Of a stretch of 64,000 nucleotides of DNA, positions 35,001 through 46,782 are shown piece after piece. The DNA is taken from NCBI GenBank assembly GCA_965240325.2, contig OZ251241.1, forward strand, positions 1,178,001 to 1,242,000, given 5' to 3'. The translations under genes were made by a program, and so were the position numbers. Under the pieces are notes generated by a model that was given only the letters and a program-made list of their open reading frames with translations, searched no databases and was not told the DNA's origin. Numbering within the stretch: position 1 is the first letter of the stretch; each line of letters opens with the position of its first letter. This stretch comes from Rebecca billardiae RCC1528. Taxonomy: Eukaryota; Protista; Haptophyta.

Positions 35001-38000
35001 TCCTCGAGGCGCCGCGGCGGCGTGATGACGTCCAGCTTCGTGATGGACAGCACTGCGCCCGTCGGGGCTTGCGTGACGCCGAGCCCGACCTGCGCGTACC
35101 AAGTGGCGCTGCGCATGTCCTCGGGGAGGAGCGAGCACACCGGCTCGTTCACGCGGTTGCACACGAGGCAGAAGTGCAAGCACGGCAGGCGCTTGCGGCG
35201 AAGCAGCCCGCAGCACAGGAAGTTGTCGAGGTGCACAAAGCGCTCTTTGGACTGGTCCGTGGTGCTCAGCACGCGGTAGCAACCGGCGTGCTCGCCGTCG
35301 GCGACGAGGTTGCACTCGGCGCCGCCCATGGCGCGCGCGTCCTGCACTGCGCCGCGCACGTACGGCACGTGCCGCGGTGGCAGCCCGTGCAGGTCGCGAT
35401 CGGGGTCGGGGTTGAGGGCGTGGCGCACGGCCACGGCGCGGTGCGTGGCGAAGAGGCGGTAGAGGTTGTCGTGCAGGTCGAGCAGCATCCACACCGGGCC
35501 CTGCGACTTGCGCACAGGGAGCAGCCACTTCATGAACGACTCCGCGGGCGCGCCTGTGACGTAGCCGCGCATCCACACCGGCGCGAAGACAGGGAAGAGC
35601 TCGGCGCGCGGGATGAGATCGATGATGCGCTTGCCCGACTCGGGCATCTCCGCCCAGGCCCGGTCGAAGTCCTCGACGTACAACGCCTGGACGCACCGGT
35701 CGAAGACCTCCAGGATCTTGTTGACGTCGTTCGCCGTGTGCGCGTACCCCGTGATGAAGTTGTCCCGCTTGTGGAAGGTGCACAGGAACAGGTGCCTGCG
35801 GGGGCAGAGGAGCTTCCACGCGCCGCGCAGGCCCTTCTGCCCGTCGGAGATGGTGACGGAGTCGTCGACGTTCCACACGTCGTCACCGCCCAGCTCCTGC
35901 TTCAAGTAGCGCACGTGCGCGCACCACGAGTCTAGGCACTCGACGTCGACGATGTACGACACACAGAGCACGAACAGCTGCCCGTTGGCGTTCACTGCGA
36001 GCGTCACAAAGAGCATGCCTGTGACGCGCGCAGGTGGCACCGGCGGAGAAGGCCGGGGTGCGGGTGAATGTGCGTGCCAGGGCGGGTGTGCATGTGTGTG
36101 TGTGCGTGGGTGTGCGGCCTGCAGGACACGGAAGGGGGGAAGGGGGGAAGGGGGGGGGGTGGGGGTGGGGGGCGCACACCGGCACGCTTGCCACCGCCGC
36201 TCGCCGGCCTGTGCAGGTGGCACGCGTCGCTGAACACGGCGCGGTTGCCCTTGGCCAGGAAGTGCTCACGGTAGAGCTGCTTGGCCTGCTTGGGCACGTA
36301 GTGGAAGCCACCGACGGCCTTCTTCCCGCGCACCTCGTCAATGGCGCGCTTCACCGAGGGCTCCTCCGGGTCGAAGGGCCGCCTGGCGCCGAGCGGCACC
36401 GAGCGCTGGGCGCTGTCGTGCACACGGCGGAACATCGCGAGCACGTCGCTGTGCACTGTGTCCGCGGCGAAGACGATCGGCGCGACCGCGTTGCCCTCCG
36501 CCGAGAGCCCGGCGGTCACTGCCACCAGGTCGCGCGACATGGCGCTGTCGTCGCCGTAAATCTGCTCGCGCGCGACGGCGAGCGCCCTGCGCACGAGGCT
36601 CTCACCCACCTTCTCCGGGACGAGCGCGCGCGCGACGGCCTTGCTCTCCGTGACGCCGTACGCCAACTGCGCGTGCGTGGCGCCGCGCTCGCGCAAGCGC
36701 GCCCGCCAGTCGTGCTCGACTGCCTTGCCCAACTGCTTGGCGGAGTAGGGCCACACGCGCACTCGCGCCTTGGTCCGCGACCGACTCGGCGAGGTGACTG
36801 GGTTCGCGCGCGAGCCGGCGCCGCCGGCGTTGTTGTAACAGTCCGGGCTGTGTGCGGAGGATGCCTCCACGTACCACGCCGGTCGGCCCCACACGGCGTG
36901 ATCCGGCGCGGGGCCCACCTGCACACGGAACGCGCAGTTCGGCGTGGTGCACGTCACCCTCAGCTTGGAATGGTCCAGTTGGGCGGACGGCGGCATGATC
37001 CGCCGGTGCACGGCGCACTCCGCTGCGAGGGTGATGGCGTCCGCGAGGCGCTCGAAGCGCGTGCCGGGTCGCACGAGTGTGTCGCTCGCCAACGAGGAGT
37101 CACGGACCACCTCCGTGTGCGGGCGTGGCGGCCTCGAGCCCAACACCTTCCAGCCTTCCACGGGCGCGAGCGCATGGTGCTGCCCCGCTCTGGACTGCTT
37201 GGGCAGTGGGTGGTACTCGGCATCTCCGCCGTGGTGCTGTGGCAAGGGCTGGCCCTGCGCGCCTGCCGCGGCGCTTGCGCCTGGGACGGCCGTGCGCGTG
37301 GCGGGCGTAGGCTGCGCGCACGCGCCGGACGGGGGGCACGTCACAAGCGCCGCGAGCGGGTCGTGCGCAGTTGACGCACCGGCTGCGCCAGCGTGGGCGG
37401 AGCCCTCCCGAGCGTCGTCGGACACATCGTCGCGGTCGCCGCTGGGACAGAAGCGCGCGCTCTCGTCCTCACAGAGCATGAGTGGGTCGGTGGCCTCCCA
37501 CTCGTCGATCCGCGCGAGCGCGGCACTGCCGGCGTCCGGCTGCGAGATGACACCACTCACGGCCCCCGCGCCATCCTCGCTGAGGAGGAGCGTCTGCCAG
37601 TCCGCGCTCAGGACGAAAAGGGGTGCGTTGCCGCTCGCAGCTGCACGCGTGTGCGCCGAGCGACTGCGGCCGAGGTCCTGCACAACAGTGCCCACTGCCT
37701 TCGCAGCCTGCCGTTGTTCGTCGGTCGCCGTCGCCGCGTGAAAGTGGCCTCCGACATGAGCGGCCTGGCCGGGTCGGAATGCCAGCCTGAGCTCGTGTGG
37801 CGCCAAGTGCAGGGTACCATGTGGTGGCCGCGGCAGCGGCATGTCCGCGTTGTCCGTGCCAGGCCCACCGACGGCGCGAGCCTGGACGTTCGAGGCCAAA
37901 ACGCCCGCGAGCGCGCTCGGTCCGGCGCCGTCGACGCGCTCCTCGCCCAGGCGCACGGCGTTGCCGAGCACGCTCTGCGTCGGCGCGGCCGTGCAATGCG

Positions 38001-41000
38001 CAACCGCGGCGGCAGTGCCACCGGCGCCATGCGCGCCAGTCGCCTCGCCGCCGTCTGGCACATCGGCGCTGCCGGGGGACCCTTCGCGCAGCACGCGCGC
38101 ATTGGCGTGCGGACCACCTCCGCCGCCGCCGCCGCCGTCACAGCCCGTGGACGCCGGCGCGCCATGCACCGCCACGACGACACACGGGCTCGTGCAGGCG
38201 GCGGAGGCGTCCGCCTGCGTGCACAACAGCGGCGCCCGCGCAGCGGGAGGGGGGGCAGGCCAGGGGCAGACGGGTGGCGAGCTGCTGATGGCCCCCGGAG
38301 GACGTGGGCCGGCGTCGGCGCCTGGCGCGCGGCCGTCCACGCCGCGCGGCGTCGGTGTCCCCGGCCCTGCACGGACAGGGCCCGTGCCGTGCGACGTGTC
38401 GCGCTGCCCGTGCGGGCCCGCAGGTGGCGAGCGGGCTGCAGCTGTCAGCGACGCGTCGCCGTTGTCAGCACCGGGGAGCGCGAGCAGAAGCGCCGAGTGC
38501 GCCCATTGGCGCTGCGCGCGTTCTGGCGGCACATGCACGCACTGCGTCACGCCGCGCAAGAGCTCCTCGGGATCGGCCGTCGGCGCGTCGCCCAGCGCGT
38601 GTTGGACGCAGTCGGCCACGTACTGCTGGTGCTGGGGCGAGCCCATGTTGAATGCGGGGAATGCGCCCTGCGCGTCGCCAGGCGCGCCAGCGCGCAGCTT
38701 CCGGCTGTACAGGTGCCGCAAGCCCGATTCGAGCGTGAGGACGAAGCGATGGGGCGTGAGCGGCGCAGGCGCAGAGACGAGAGCTGCAGGCGAGGCTGCC
38801 GGCGCGGCCAGCACCATCGGGCTGCGGTGGCGGCCCGCCGCGCGCAGCGCGGCGGCGAGTTCGGGCGACCCGAACAAGAACACAGCCTTGATGACATCGC
38901 CGTCGAGAGTGTGCGCGCGCCGCGGCTTTTTCCCCGACATGTCGCTGTGCGCAGGGGCGGTCCCGCCCCGCGGCGCCTGCGCCGAGCGGTGGTACAGCAT
39001 GGACGGGAAGATGTGCACGGTGCCTGCCACGTCGCCGCCCTCCACGTCGCCGCCATGCAGCGGAGCGGCGACGGGGTGTCCGTCCGGGCCCGCGTCCAGG
39101 AGCTCGAGCGGGTAGGGGTTCCCCCCGTGAGGTGCGACGGCACGTGCACGACGAGCACGGCCGTCCAGACGTGGGGGTCGTGCACCATGTCGCTGTCCAC
39201 GTGCCAGCCGTATGTGGTGGCCTCGCCCGCTGCGGTCTGGCCATCGCTGGTTGCGCCCGCGTGCGCGTCCGCAGGCGACGGGCGCGCGAAGACGTGCCAC
39301 GCAGTGAGAACGGGGCTGGAGTGCTCCACGTCGAACACCGCCTCCATGAAGGCCTGCAGTGTAGTCACCACGTCCGCGAATGGTGGGCAGTCCAGCACCG
39401 CTGTCGGCGTGCCCGCCTCGGCGCCATGGTCGCCCACCCCCCAGCGGCGCTGCTCGGCGGCGACGCCGGCGGCATCGGCGGAGTGATAGGCGAGTGCAGT
39501 GCGGATGAGGGCATGGTCCGCAGCGTGGAGGGGCATGGAGGCGTCGCCCGCCTAACCTGGCGTGGACAAAGACGTAGTCGCGCAACGCCTGCACAGCGTG
39601 TGGTGGTATGCGAACGCTGTGGGCAGTGGCCGCAGCGTCGCCGAAGGCTCGGCGAAGCGCGTGCTGGACCGCCAAGTTGTGCACGAGCATGTCGCACAGG
39701 CTCAGGGACGACGCGGGGGTGTTCGGCGGGGCTTGGCGCGGTGGCGGTGCGCGCAGGGCCGGTGAGGGGTCCTGCGGCACCCCCGGCGGGCGAGGGCACC
39801 CCGCCGAAAGAGCGCCTGACACCGCGCTCACGGCTTCTCCGGACACGCGCGCGGCGGCGCCGGCGACGGCGTGCGCGCCGACCAGAGTCACCACCAGCGT
39901 CACCGGCGGCATCGCCACCGCTGCATCGGCCACCAAGGCTTCGGCGAACGTCGCGTCGAGGAACGGGTGCAGACGTGCGCCCACGCCGACGTGCACCAGT
40001 GCGGGCGTGAGCGGGATGACGACAGCCCACACAGTGCGACGCTCGAGGACGGAGATCGCGTGCAGCAACGGCCGCGCCAGCCAGCCCTCGCACAGCGCAC
40101 GCCCTTCGCACGCGTCGAGAAAGGCCGTCAGCCCAGCGCGGCCGTCGTCGCCGACGTCAGACACGGACGCGCGCAGCGCCCGCGCGGCAGCGACCCGCCG
40201 GTCGCAGTCTGCACCGTCTGCATCGTCGTGGACTGCGTGGCCGGCCGCACGGCGGCACTCGGCGTCAGCGCGCAGCGCTTGGTCCACAGCGCGCAACCAC
40301 GTGGCGCGCGCGCGCAGCAGTTCCCGCCAGAGCAGATCCGCCCGTTGGCCCGCCTGCACCGACGAAGACGTCTCCATGTAGAGCGCGTGGTCCGCAAGCG
40401 GCGGCGCGGGGGCCAGCGCCCCACGTAAGCTCGTGTACGCACGGGTACGCAGGTGGTCTGCCGCGTGCGCGTCGGACACGCCGGGGGCTGACGCCGACGC
40501 CACGCGCACAAAGGCGGCGAAGAGGTCTTCGCGGCATCCGGCGTCGGCGCCGAACACCGCGCGCGCGTAGTATTCCACGGCCGGCGCCGGCTTAGCCCCT
40601 GTGCCACCCGCTCGCGCATCCACAGTCGAGAACACGCCGTGTATGTCCCCCGCGTCCGGGCGGGGCGCGCACAGCGCAGCGAGCGCCACCTTCACCTGCA
40701 GAGGCGAGCTCGCCCATGCCGCACGCACCGCGATGGCAGCAGGGGCGCGAGGCAACGGCGGCGGCGACCCCTGCCGCCGCCGTTGCGCCGGCACACCCCA
40801 GCCCACAGAGCCCCCCCCCGAGTCCGAGGTCGGGTCGTGACCTAGCAACCCACCGCCGGCAGCGCCTCCGGCAGCGGCGCCGTGCGCATCGCCAGGCGGG
40901 GGCGACGACACCGGGTCACACCCAGCTGGGCACAGCGAGGTGGGCACCGGCAAGTGCTCGGCGCCGGGAGCGCCGGCGCAGCCGGCGCCATGCATCGCCG

Positions 41001-41702
41001 CAAACGCCAGGGCGCGGAACCACAGGGCAGCAGACGACAGCCTAGACAGCCTGTCGCAAGAGCCGCCCATGTCGCCGCCCAGGTCCAGTACAGCCTCGGC
41101 TGAGGCCAGCACACCGACGCACTCGGTGAAGCAGAGAAGCGCCTCCGCACTCGCCAGATCCGACACCACCGGCGGCACGCAGCCGGTGCCACCAACACGA
41201 CCACCAGCCTGGGCGGCGCTCACCGAGCCCAGCACGCACAGCACGAGGACCAAGCTGAACTCCCACGGGGTGTTCTGTGGAGTCATCCGCAGAGCATTCA
41301 GCGCGCTCTCCGCTCCGCTGACGAACTCGTCAATCCGCAACGCGCGCACAGTGGTGCCGTCGACGCGCCTGGGCTGCACCACGTCAGATGACGCCTCCGC
41401 CTGCGCGCGACAGATGCACGGTGCGCAACGGATGCACGATGGCGGGCAAAAGGGGCGGGGGGGGGGGGGGTGGGGGTGGGGGGCGCGGGGTGCGACGTTG
41501 GAGGCACCGGCACGCACGTCGGTGCAGGCAGTACCCTCTGCCAGCCGCCCGCGCGCAGCACCGCCACCCAGCCGCGCGCACCATCGTCCTTGCGTGCGCA
41601 GCAGTTCCGTCGTACAACCACCAAAGCGGGCAAAGGGCGACACCTGCGCGCGCGTCCGGAGGCCACGCGCGCGTGAGGCGGCGCGCGCGCAGGCGGCGGC
41701 AT
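32045..41702 (-). CDS. Giant MULE transposase polyprotein (~3,100 aa predicted): 2OG-Fe(II) dioxygenase, MuDR zinc-finger DBD, DDE, SWIM, PHD, HhH, OTU; exons 41702..41535, 41400..36180, 36018..32045
   Basis: DBD RVTCTTPNCAFRV..WYV..HSPDC. DDE: VFSDACHL..G|MLFVTLAVNANGQLF, TISDGQKGL, LCTFH, TGAPAESF. SWIM CCGL..LPCLH; PHD C4HC3; OTU VPGDGDCFFHAI..HFHAV. Introns 41401..41534 (phase 0) and 36019..36179 (phase 1) have GT..AG and restore frame. Core transposase is firm; the 5' exon model is less so. Confidence 0.85.
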
Positions 41703-42361
41703 GTTGTGCACGTAGCTTGCGCGTAACGCCGCACGAACCAGCTCCGCCTGCGCGCGCGCGCGCCACACGGCCGTCGCGCGCGAGTTCGCCAGGAGGCGGG
41801 CGTGCACATTATGCAAACCAACGGAGGCGCACGCGGACAGAGCGCGTGCGCGCGCGCCGGGAGGCCACGCGCGCGTGAGGCGGCGCGCGCGCAGGCGGCG
41901 GCATCGCGCGCCTCCCCCGCTCCCCCCGCCCGCAGCCCGACGCGCGCGCGCGCGCGCGCGTCGGGCGCGCGCGCGCACCTCGTTCGCGCGAGGTGCGCGC
42001 GTGGGGGCGATGGGGGCTCTTCGGGGCTTTTTTGCGGGCTCCGAAGAGCCGCGAGGGGCCCCGCGGCCGAAACAGCACGCGAGGGCGTCGAAACGACGCG
42101 AACCCCGTGTTTGATTAAGTGTTTCGCCGGCGGGGTTCATTTCGCGGGTACTGCGCGTAATCGGCGACGTCAAAAGACGCGATTGCGCCGTTTCGGCGCA
42201 ATCGCGGGGTTCGGTATCTTCGTGCGCGTGGCTTGCCCGAATGTTCGACAATCGGACTTCTGGGGGACATCGCGTCCGGAAAAGCCCCTCGCGAGGTTCT
42301 GGCCGATTTGGCGGGATTCTGCACAAGCCGCCGCGAATCGGCGGGGTTCTGAACTTTTCCC
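41692..42361 (-). repeat. Right TIR of MULE (670 bp)
   Basis: Reverse complement of 26488..27157. Confidence 0.95.
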
Positions 42362-42373
42362 TTAAAACATCTA

Positions 42374-45300
42374 CTCGGGCCGGGGGTTTGGTGGTAAGGA
42401 TTTTCCGAAAAATCGGCGGCCGCTTTTTCGGAAAATCGCGGGACCTGAGGTGGCGGACGCGATCCATGCCGCACGACGGTGATGGCCGCGCCGGGGGAGG
42501 ACGCGGGACCGGAGGTGCAAGCAGGCCGCAGCTGCGATTGTTGCGTTGATGGGACGGGCGGCGCGGCGGCCAATGCGCCGGCCCATGATCCGGGCGATAC
42601 CCGGATGTCGAGACCGGGGCACAAGTCCCCGAGCGGGTGCCGTAGGAGAATCAGCACCTGCTCACACGTAGCGAGCATTGCCCTTGGTCTTGTTCGCGCG
42701 GGGATCAATCTGGCCCACAGCTTCGCGATGCTGCGCACTGTGGGCCAGGTGGTGCAGGCTTTCCAGTTCGCCGAACTCAAGAGGACTGCTCGCACTGCCA
42801 AGGCTTGGGCCTGTACCGCGGTGGTGCTCGGCGGACCTGATCCAAAGCCACAGCTGTGGTTTGACCTCGCGGGCGTACATGGCAAGACTGTATGGTCGCA
42901 AGGCCATCGATGTGAACGTGTGCACGGCACCACTCTGCCATGCTTCAACTCGTCTGGGTCGAGCTGAGGGCAATCATTCGTGCCCGGAGCATCTGTCAGG
43001 CGCGCGTGCATGCATGCGCGCTGCGCGCCGCGCTGCGGCCCGCGGCTACAGCTCCTGTCACCTTAGCAGATATCTAATGCTGACCACCCTTTTGCGCATC
43101 CTGCAGTAGGCTGTGACAGGTGGGCCTTTCGCGACTGCGCCCATCGTCATCATGTCGCCGTGATCATCTGTCAGCAGCTGACTGTGGAGTCGTCTGCAGC
43201 TGGTCAGACTGTCCGCCCGTCCGGGCCCGGCCTCAGGCTCAGGCTGCTCTCGATCGGGCTGGCGCCGAGCTCAAGTGCTAATCTTCGGCTCACACGTAGT
43301 CACATATCCGGCGGCGGATGGCAGCAGTGGGAGAAACAAGTCTCACGCGCAGGCTCAGCTGATGGCCGCCGAGGCCAGCAGCGCGTCAAAATCGTCAGTA
43401 TAGTAGTACGCGTAGCATCATCGTCAACGGTCAGCGACTACTCATAGTCATACTGCATCCCGTCGACTCGTCCTCAGCCGCCGGTTGCGCCTAGGAGCGG
43501 GCGCAGCGTCGCCCTGGCGACCTCAACTGCAGGCCAATCGCGTCGGGCGGCAGCGGGGGCAGCATGATGAACGCCAAGTCGACGAGTGCGTGGCGCCTCG
43601 CCCGCCGCTCGCCGCGCAGCACTCTCAGGGATGACTGCCGGCAGCGCGCGCAGCTCTGAGCTCACCGGCGATCAGCGCGCGCAGCTCATGCGCGCGCGCT
43701 GACCGGTGAGCGTGCCCGCGCCCATCGCGCGGACGAGCGCGGCGTAGGCCGAGAGCAGTGCGGCTCTCCGCACGTACGTGTGCTTCGCCAAGCCCCGCGC
43801 GAGCTCGAGCTACACGCCGTGCGCAAGCAGCTCAACCGCAATCCGCATCGCACGCTTGAGATCACTGCGCGACAGAACGCAGAGGTCGGTGAGGCTTTCA
43901 GAGCGGCGCTCACTGAGGCGGCTTGCGCAGGGCGTAGCTCGGCGAAGCGCTACTGGAGATGAATACCTGTCCCCGAGACGCAAGCCACGACATGTCTGTC
44001 AACTGGGACAGCACACTGAGGGAAGCATCAGCTGCGAGGTCAGGGTGTCTACTGCCAGACATCTGCCAGTTGAACGCCTCGCGCCCCACCTTCGTGCCAG
44101 CTGGGCCGAGCAGGTAGCAGCAAGGGTTCGCGCAGTACGGTATGGCAGCGTCCGCGGACGGCGAGAGGGTCGACCAGCCGCCATGTACTTGGATCGACAG
44201 CTCGGCGCGCGCGCTGAACGATTGGAAATGTCCTTCTGCGTGAACGGCAGCTTGCGCGCCTGCTTGCCCGCGGCAGGAGCAAGCACGACGGCGGCGCACG
44301 CAACAAGGAACGTCAGCACGCTCATGGCGAATGTTTGCCGTCCTCCGCCTCGCCGCTCGCATCCGAATCGCGGCCGATTCGGCGACGTGCAGATGGCCAC
44401 CATGGCGACCCTCCGGCGAGCGCTCGCCGGCTGGAATCCCTATGTGCGACGCGCTCCCAGTACCCGCATGCTATTCACACATAGGAGCAGCCTTCATAGG
44501 CGACGGGCGTGTTGAATAGCCGCTGCCTTCATAGGCGCGCGCTCAAAATAGCGCGCGAAGGTGAAACGGGAAAATCTGGCCGCGGGCTTGTCAGACAAAC
44601 CCACGCTGGGCGGCCCCGCGCGCGCACGGCACGATGGCGACCTCACGCGGCGCGCTCGGACGCGCACCCACGGCCGCTGCGGGTGCGCGCGCGAGGTCGG
44701 CGCGGCTCAAGACACCTATGGGGCTCAGTCGCGCTCGCTCCCGCCCGCCCTCGCCGCCCTCGCCGCGCGCAGGGCCCGGCTACTTTCCGCGCGACGCGTC
44801 CAGGAGGCGGCCCGCCGCACGAGAGCGCGCGCGCGCGTGTGCCAGAGGCCCAATTAAGACGAGCCACGGCCTCTGCCCGATGGGCCTAGGTATTGGCGCA
44901 TCGACGAGCCCCAGCGCGCGACGATGCCCTCGCGTACTCAGCGGAGATGAGCGGTTTTGTTGCTTGTTGAGCATATTGTTCGAACAGCTCAAATGCACAT
45001 GTTGCTGCAGAGTGCGTTCTCGGGCACCTGCTGGCCGTAGACAGTGCGCTCGACCTGTGAGCGATCGTCTGCAGGCTCGTGTGCGCCCACGCTGGTGGCG
45101 TGGTGTGGTCCGATCTGGAGCAGGAAGGTGTCCACTGCTGCACGAAGAAGGCCGGTCACGGCTGTGACTTGTGAGTCACCCGGGCCGGTCGCCGCGCCGC
45201 CGCGCCGCCATTCGTACACGGTAGGGCGATCGAGGCATGAGCGACGAATCAGAGCGCAAGGTATCGGGAGAAGACGCAACAGATGTGCTAGCGTAGTTGT

Positions 45301-45950
45301 TGGTCGAGGCTATGCGTGTAGAAGCAGCACTGACTGAATTGGCGGCGCCGGGCCGCACGGTGACTCGCTGGCCTGTCAGCTGTCACACATGCGTGCGGTC
45401 TCGGACTGATGCCAGCATGGCTCAAGGCGCAGCGGTGATGCTAGTACTATCAGCCCCCTCGCACAGAAGCGAAAGAACCCGACCGTTGAGTACCTGAGGG
45501 GTGCACGCGTGCCGACCATCATGCTCATCGGGCAGGCCTTCCAATCTAGAGCCGCGCGTGCCAGTCAGCAGGTCTTTGCGCGCATAAAGGGTGACGAGAG
45601 CGTGGACAAGGCGGCGGAAATGCTGCCATCGGGTCTTCTCGCCACCACGAGGCGCCCGCGCACGGCCGTCAAGCTCGTATGCGGCCCTGGGCGCATGGCG
45701 CAGACGGGCCCTCGCGTCGCCCAGTGAGCGCCATCCGCCCCGTTGGGGCTGGCGTCCGCAGCCCGCGCACGCGCGACGCCTATTCGATGCGCACCGGACG
45801 GCGGACGACCCCCCTCCCTTAGGAAGGGGGGTCGTCCGGTTGCTGATCTGCGCTTCCCGGACATTATGCCGCCAGCGTGGGTTTGTCTGACAAGCCGCGC
45901 CGGCGGGCCAGATTTTGCTCCCGGGCTTACCGCCAAACCCCCGGCCCGAG
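42374..45950. mobile_element. Non-autonomous TIR element (~3.6 kb), 25-bp TIR, probable TA TSD (Tc1/mariner-like)
   Basis: CTACTCGGGCCGGGGGTTTGGTGGTAAG (42371-42398) vs CTTACCGCCAAACCCCCGGCCCGAGTAG (45926-45953), 1 mismatch. Best read as TA|CTCGGG...CCCGAG|TA. No transposase seen inside. Confidence 0.75.
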
Positions 45951-45975
45951 TAGTAAACTGTACTCATCAGCGACG

Positions 45976-46782
45976 ATGGCGCCCGTCACCGCCCTCGCGG
46001 CTCTCTTGCTGTGGAGCTTGGGAGCCACCAGCTCCACGCAGCCCTCGCCAAGGCGCGCGTTGTCGCCGCGCGCCGCGCCAACGTGCTCCGACATCAACGC
46101 GGCGGCTTCCGCCAAGCGCGAGCTCCTCGCCGCCGTCGCGCCGCTCGACCGCGGCTTTGGCGTCGGCGCTGTCGAGCGCATGCGTGTGAACGCGCTGATC
46201 GACCGCCTCGTCGCCGCGGGTGACGGCGCGACGGAGCCGGCGGCGTGCTTTTACGACGAGGGCCTGGCATCAACCGCTATGCCCGGGCCCTCCCTCGCCG
46301 GCCGCTGGCGCCTCGTCTGGACGGATGCACCCGACATCACGAGCCTCGGGTCGAACCCACTCGCGCGCGTCGGCCGCATTGGGCAGGAGTGCGACAGCTC
46401 TGCGCGCACGATTGCCAACGTGATCGAGTGGGCGCCGCCACAGGCGGTGCTATCACTGCCGCTTCCATTCGACCTGGCCGCCGAGTCCGTCGAGCAGCGC
46501 GTCGTCCTGCGCGCGCGGGCCACCCCCGAGCGGCCGCGCAGGGTCGAGCTGAGCGTCGAAGGCCTAGACGTCGTGCCCGTGCGCGTGCTCGGCCGGGACG
46601 GCGCTGGGCAGCCGCTGCGGCTACGTGGGCCGCTGAGCGGCCGCGTGCCCTTCGGCGCGTTCGAGATTGTGTACATCGACGACGACCTCCGCGTTGTGCG
46701 CACGTCCAATGGAAACATCGCGGTCAACGTGCGCGATGAGCGGGAGATCATCGACGAGCCCGGGCTGGCATCGGACATCTGA
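45976..46782 (+). CDS. PAP/fibrillin family plastid lipid-associated protein
   Basis: Signal peptide MAPVTALAALLLWSLGA; AKRELLAAV..DRG, LAGRWRLVWT, FEIVYIDDDLRVVRT..GN. Confidence 0.88.
   Translation: MAPVTALAALLLWSLGATSSTQPSPRRALSPRAAPTCSDINAAASAKRELLAAVAPLDRGFGVGAVERMRVNALIDRLVAAGDGATEPAACFYDEGLASTAMPGPSLAGRWRLVWTDAPDITSLGSNPLARVGRIGQECDSSARTIANVIEWAPPQAVLSLPLPFDLAAESVEQRVVLRARATPERPRRVELSVEGLDVVPVRVLGRDGAGQPLRLRGPLSGRVPFGAFEIVYIDDDLRVVRTSNGNIAVNVRDEREIIDEPGLASDI

Larger units (their letters stand above)
26488..42361. mobile_element. Large Mutator-like (MULE) DNA transposon, 15,874 bp, 670-bp TIRs, 9-bp TSD TTAAAACAT
   Basis: Termini GGGAAAAGTTCAGAACC...GGTTCTGAACTTTTCCC. TIRs 26488..27157 and 41692..42361 appear identical. 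TTAAAACAT is at 26479-26487 and 42362-42370. It encodes a MULE DDE transposase. Confidence 0.96.

Noticed and set aside
38870-39625. Naming the MULE dioxygenase TET/JBP or AlkB
   Set aside because: No AlkB RxxxxxR or recognisable TET/JBP signature; only the generic HxD..H fold is supportable.
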